In this document: positions 30,212-32,000 of the stretch, piece by piece | Layout of the letters: each line of letters begins with the position of its first letter | How positions within the stretch are numbered: position 1 is the stretch's first letter | DNA from: Candidatus Sodalis endolongispinus | GTDB taxonomy: Bacteria > Pseudomonadota > Gammaproteobacteria > Enterobacterales > Enterobacteriaceae | Assembly (NCBI RefSeq): GCF_018777395.1 | Contig: NZ_JAFJYC010000002.1 | Location: forward strand, 681,415 to 713,414 | Direction: 5' to 3' | Length of the DNA: 32,000 nt | The notes under the pieces: model-generated | Databases searched by the model: none | Told to the model about the DNA's origin: nothing | What the model saw: only the letters and a program-made list of their open reading frames with translations | Program-made: the position numbers and the translations under genes

Positions 30212-30279
30212 CCCACGGTGGACGGTTTGCGCCGGCCGCCGTTTACTCGCGCAAGCGGAGTGCACAATAGGAGGTAGGC

Positions 30280-31557
30280 GTGTGCGATCATCCCCGACAT
30301 CAGCACCCAGTGCTATGTCCGCACTGTGATTTATTGGTGGCGCTGCCGCCGCTGACGCCCGGCCAGAAGGGGTGTTGCCCGCGCTGCCGAAATACCTTGC
30401 AGAGCTATTGGCCGGATCCGAAACGCCAGCCGGTGGGGTTCGCCATCAGTGCGCTGGTGATGCAGGGGCTGGCCAATCTGTTCCCCTTCGTCAATATGGA
30501 AGTCTCCGGGCTGAGGCGCCAAATAACCTTGCCGCAAATACCGCTGGTAATGGTGAGCGATCATTTCTCCAGTCTGGCCGGCGTTTTTTTGTTATGCGTG
30601 CAGGCGATTCCTGCCCTATGCATGATATTGATTATCGTGTTATGCATGAATGTGCCGCTGCCGTTTCGCCTGAAGGCATTCCTTGCCAAACTGTTATTTT
30701 CCCTGCGCAGCTGGGGTATGGCGGAGATTTTTCTGGTCGGGGTACTGGTCAGTTTTGTCAAATTGATGGCCTACGGTCAGATTGGTATCGGCAATAGTTT
30801 TATTTCTTTCTGTTTCTTTTGTTTGCTGCAGCTGCGAGCGCTACGGTGCGTCGACCCGCGGTGGTTGTGGAACGTCATTATGCCATTCACCTCGCCGGTG
30901 AAACGTTTTCAGCCCGGGCAAGGCGGTTTGGCGCAGGGTCTACGCGCCTGTAGCTGTTGCACACTGATTCTGCCCGCCGACACCGTTGCCTGCCCGCGCT
31001 GCCACACCCGCGAGGGCGCGCGCCGCGGCAATAGCCTGCAGTGGACGCTGGCGCTGCTGTTGACCTCAATAATGCTGTATATCCCGGCTAATCTGCGGCC
31101 GATTATGATTACCGATGGCCTGGGTAACCGGCTCAACTCTACTATCATGGCCGGCGTTATCTTGCTGTGGGAGGACGGCTCAATCCCGGTGGCGTTGGTG
31201 ATTTTTATCGCCAGTATCATGGTGCCCAGCTTGAAAATGATTGCGTTGGGCTGGCTGTGCTGGGACGCCGCCGGCAGCAGAGAGCGCAAGGCGGCCGACA
31301 GCGAACGGATGCACCTCTTGTATGAAGTGGTGGAGTTCGTCGGCCGCTGGTCAATGATTGATGTCTTTGTCATTGCCGTCCTGTCCGGCCTGGTGCGCAT
31401 GGGAAGGCTGATGAGCATCAGCCCCGGCATCGGCGTGCTGCTGTTTGCCGCCGTGGTTATCCTGACCATGATAGCGGCCAAAACATTTGATCCCCGTCTG
31501 TTGTGGGACAGGGCGGTGCAAAACACGTTGAAGGAGTCGACCGTTGACGGAAAATAA
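30280..31557 (+). CDS. pqiA: intermembrane transport protein PqiA (paraquat-inducible protein A)
   Basis: GTG 30280 is preceded by a strong SD (aggagg at 30268-30273). The 425-aa product starts MCDHPRHQHPVLCPHCDLLVALPPLTPGQKGCCPRC. It contains WGMAEIFLVGVLVSFVKLMAYG, a second zinc-ribbon-like CSCCTLILPAD..CPRC, and RWSMIDVFVIAVLS. It is collinear with E. coli PqiA. Confidence 0.9.
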   Translation: MCDHPRHQHPVLCPHCDLLVALPPLTPGQKGCCPRCRNTLQSYWPDPKRQPVGFAISALVMQGLANLFPFVNMEVSGLRRQITLPQIPLVMVSDHFSSLAGVFLLCVQAIPALCMILIIVLCMNVPLPFRLKAFLAKLLFSLRSWGMAEIFLVGVLVSFVKLMAYGQIGIGNSFISFCFFCLLQLRALRCVDPRWLWNVIMPFTSPVKRFQPGQGGLAQGLRACSCCTLILPADTVACPRCHTREGARRGNSLQWTLALLLTSIMLYIPANLRPIMITDGLGNRLNSTIMAGVILLWEDGSIPVALVIFIASIMVPSLKMIALGWLCWDAAGSRERKAADSERMHLLYEVVEFVGRWSMIDVFVIAVLSGLVRMGRLMSISPGIGVLLFAAVVILTMIAAKTFDPRLLWDRAVQNTLKESTVDGK

Positions 31558-32000
31558 TTATCAGGAAGCCCGGGTGGAGAAGATCAAACGCTGGTCGCCG
31601 GTGTGGATCATTCCCATTGTCACCGTGCTTATCGGCGCCTGGATCCTGTACTACCACTTCAGCCATCAGGGCAAAGTGATTACCCTGACGACCAGCAACG
31701 CCGACGGCATTGAGGCCGGTAAAACCGCCATCAAAAGCCGCAGCGTGGATGTCGGCACCGTCGAGAGCGTGATGTTGACAGAAGATCTGCGTCAGGTGGA
31801 AATCAAAGCGCGCATCTACAACGGCATGGACAAGGTGCTTAATAAGGACTCGGCATTCTGGGTGGTAAAACCTCAGATCGGCAAGGAAGGGGTGTCGGGG
31901 TTGGGGACCTTGCTATCCGGCGCCTACATCCAGCTGCAGCCCGGTTCCAGCGCCGAGACGTCGCGGAAATTCACCTTGCTGGACGCGCCGCCGCTGGCGT
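31544..32000 (+). CDS. pqiB: intermembrane transport protein PqiB (MCE-domain), 5' partial
   Basis: This is my own translation; the ORF is open at the window end, so it is absent from the track. TTG 31544 lies 7 nt after the SD aaggag (31531-31536). The product reads (M)TENNYQEARVEKIKRWSPVWIIPIVTVLIGAWILYYHFSHQGKVITLTTSNADGIEAGKTAIKSRSVDVGTVESV...FWVVKPQIGKEGVSGLGTLLSGAYIQLQPG, collinear with the E. coli PqiB N-terminus. It overlaps the pqiA end by 14 nt. Confidence 0.85.
   Translation, partial: MTENNYQEARVEKIKRWSPVWIIPIVTVLIGAWILYYHFSHQGKVITLTTSNADGIEAGKTAIKSRSVDVGTVESVMLTEDLRQVEIKARIYNGMDKVLNKDSAFWVVKPQIGKEGVSGLGTLLSGAYIQLQPGSSAETSRKFTLLDAPPLA

Noticed and set aside
1-32000. Search for CRISPR arrays, IS/transposase genes, integrases, tRNA/rRNA genes, toxin-antitoxin or defence-island content
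   Set aside because: Every ORF of meaningful length is accounted for by a syntenic housekeeping gene or its antisense shadow. Intergenic gaps are short (at most 0.68 kb) and show no spaced direct repeats or terminal inverted repeats that I could detect by eye.

Overview
This window is a conserved enterobacterial core-chromosome segment. It is colinear with the E. coli K-12 ycaR-kdsB to pqiAB region. The gene order is ycaR, kdsB, ycbJ, elyC(-), smtA/cmoM, mukF, mukE, mukB, ldtD, mepK, gloC, aspC(-), ompF(-), asnS(-), pncB(-), pepN, pyrD, zapC, ycbX(-), rlmKL, uup, pqiA and the 5' part of pqiB. I recognised no rRNA, tRNA, CRISPR array, transposase/IS, integrase, phage or defence-type content. 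I found no convincing evidence for a new multi-gene system. The main signal is gene decay: 7 of the 22 recognisable genes carry inactivating lesions that can be read directly from the sequence. ycbJ has two nonsense codons plus an in-frame internal deletion. smtA has a 7-bp tandem duplication. ompF is frameshifted and shortened. pncB has one in-frame TAA. pyrD has a 2-bp AC insertion. rlmKL has a -7 type deletion. uup has a +1 frameshift plus substitutions in its Walker motifs. Chromosome-maintenance, envelope, tRNA-charging and peptidase genes remain intact (mukFEB, kdsB, elyC, ldtD, mepK, pqiAB, asnS, aspC, pepN). This pattern fits a recently host-restricted lineage, perhaps Sodalis-like, but that attribution is only a guess from gene order, GC-rich codon usage and pseudogene load. 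The only sizeable unexplained stretch is the 0.68-kb mukB-ldtD spacer. Ortholog comparisons rest on my recollection of E. coli protein sequences and should be confirmed by alignment.
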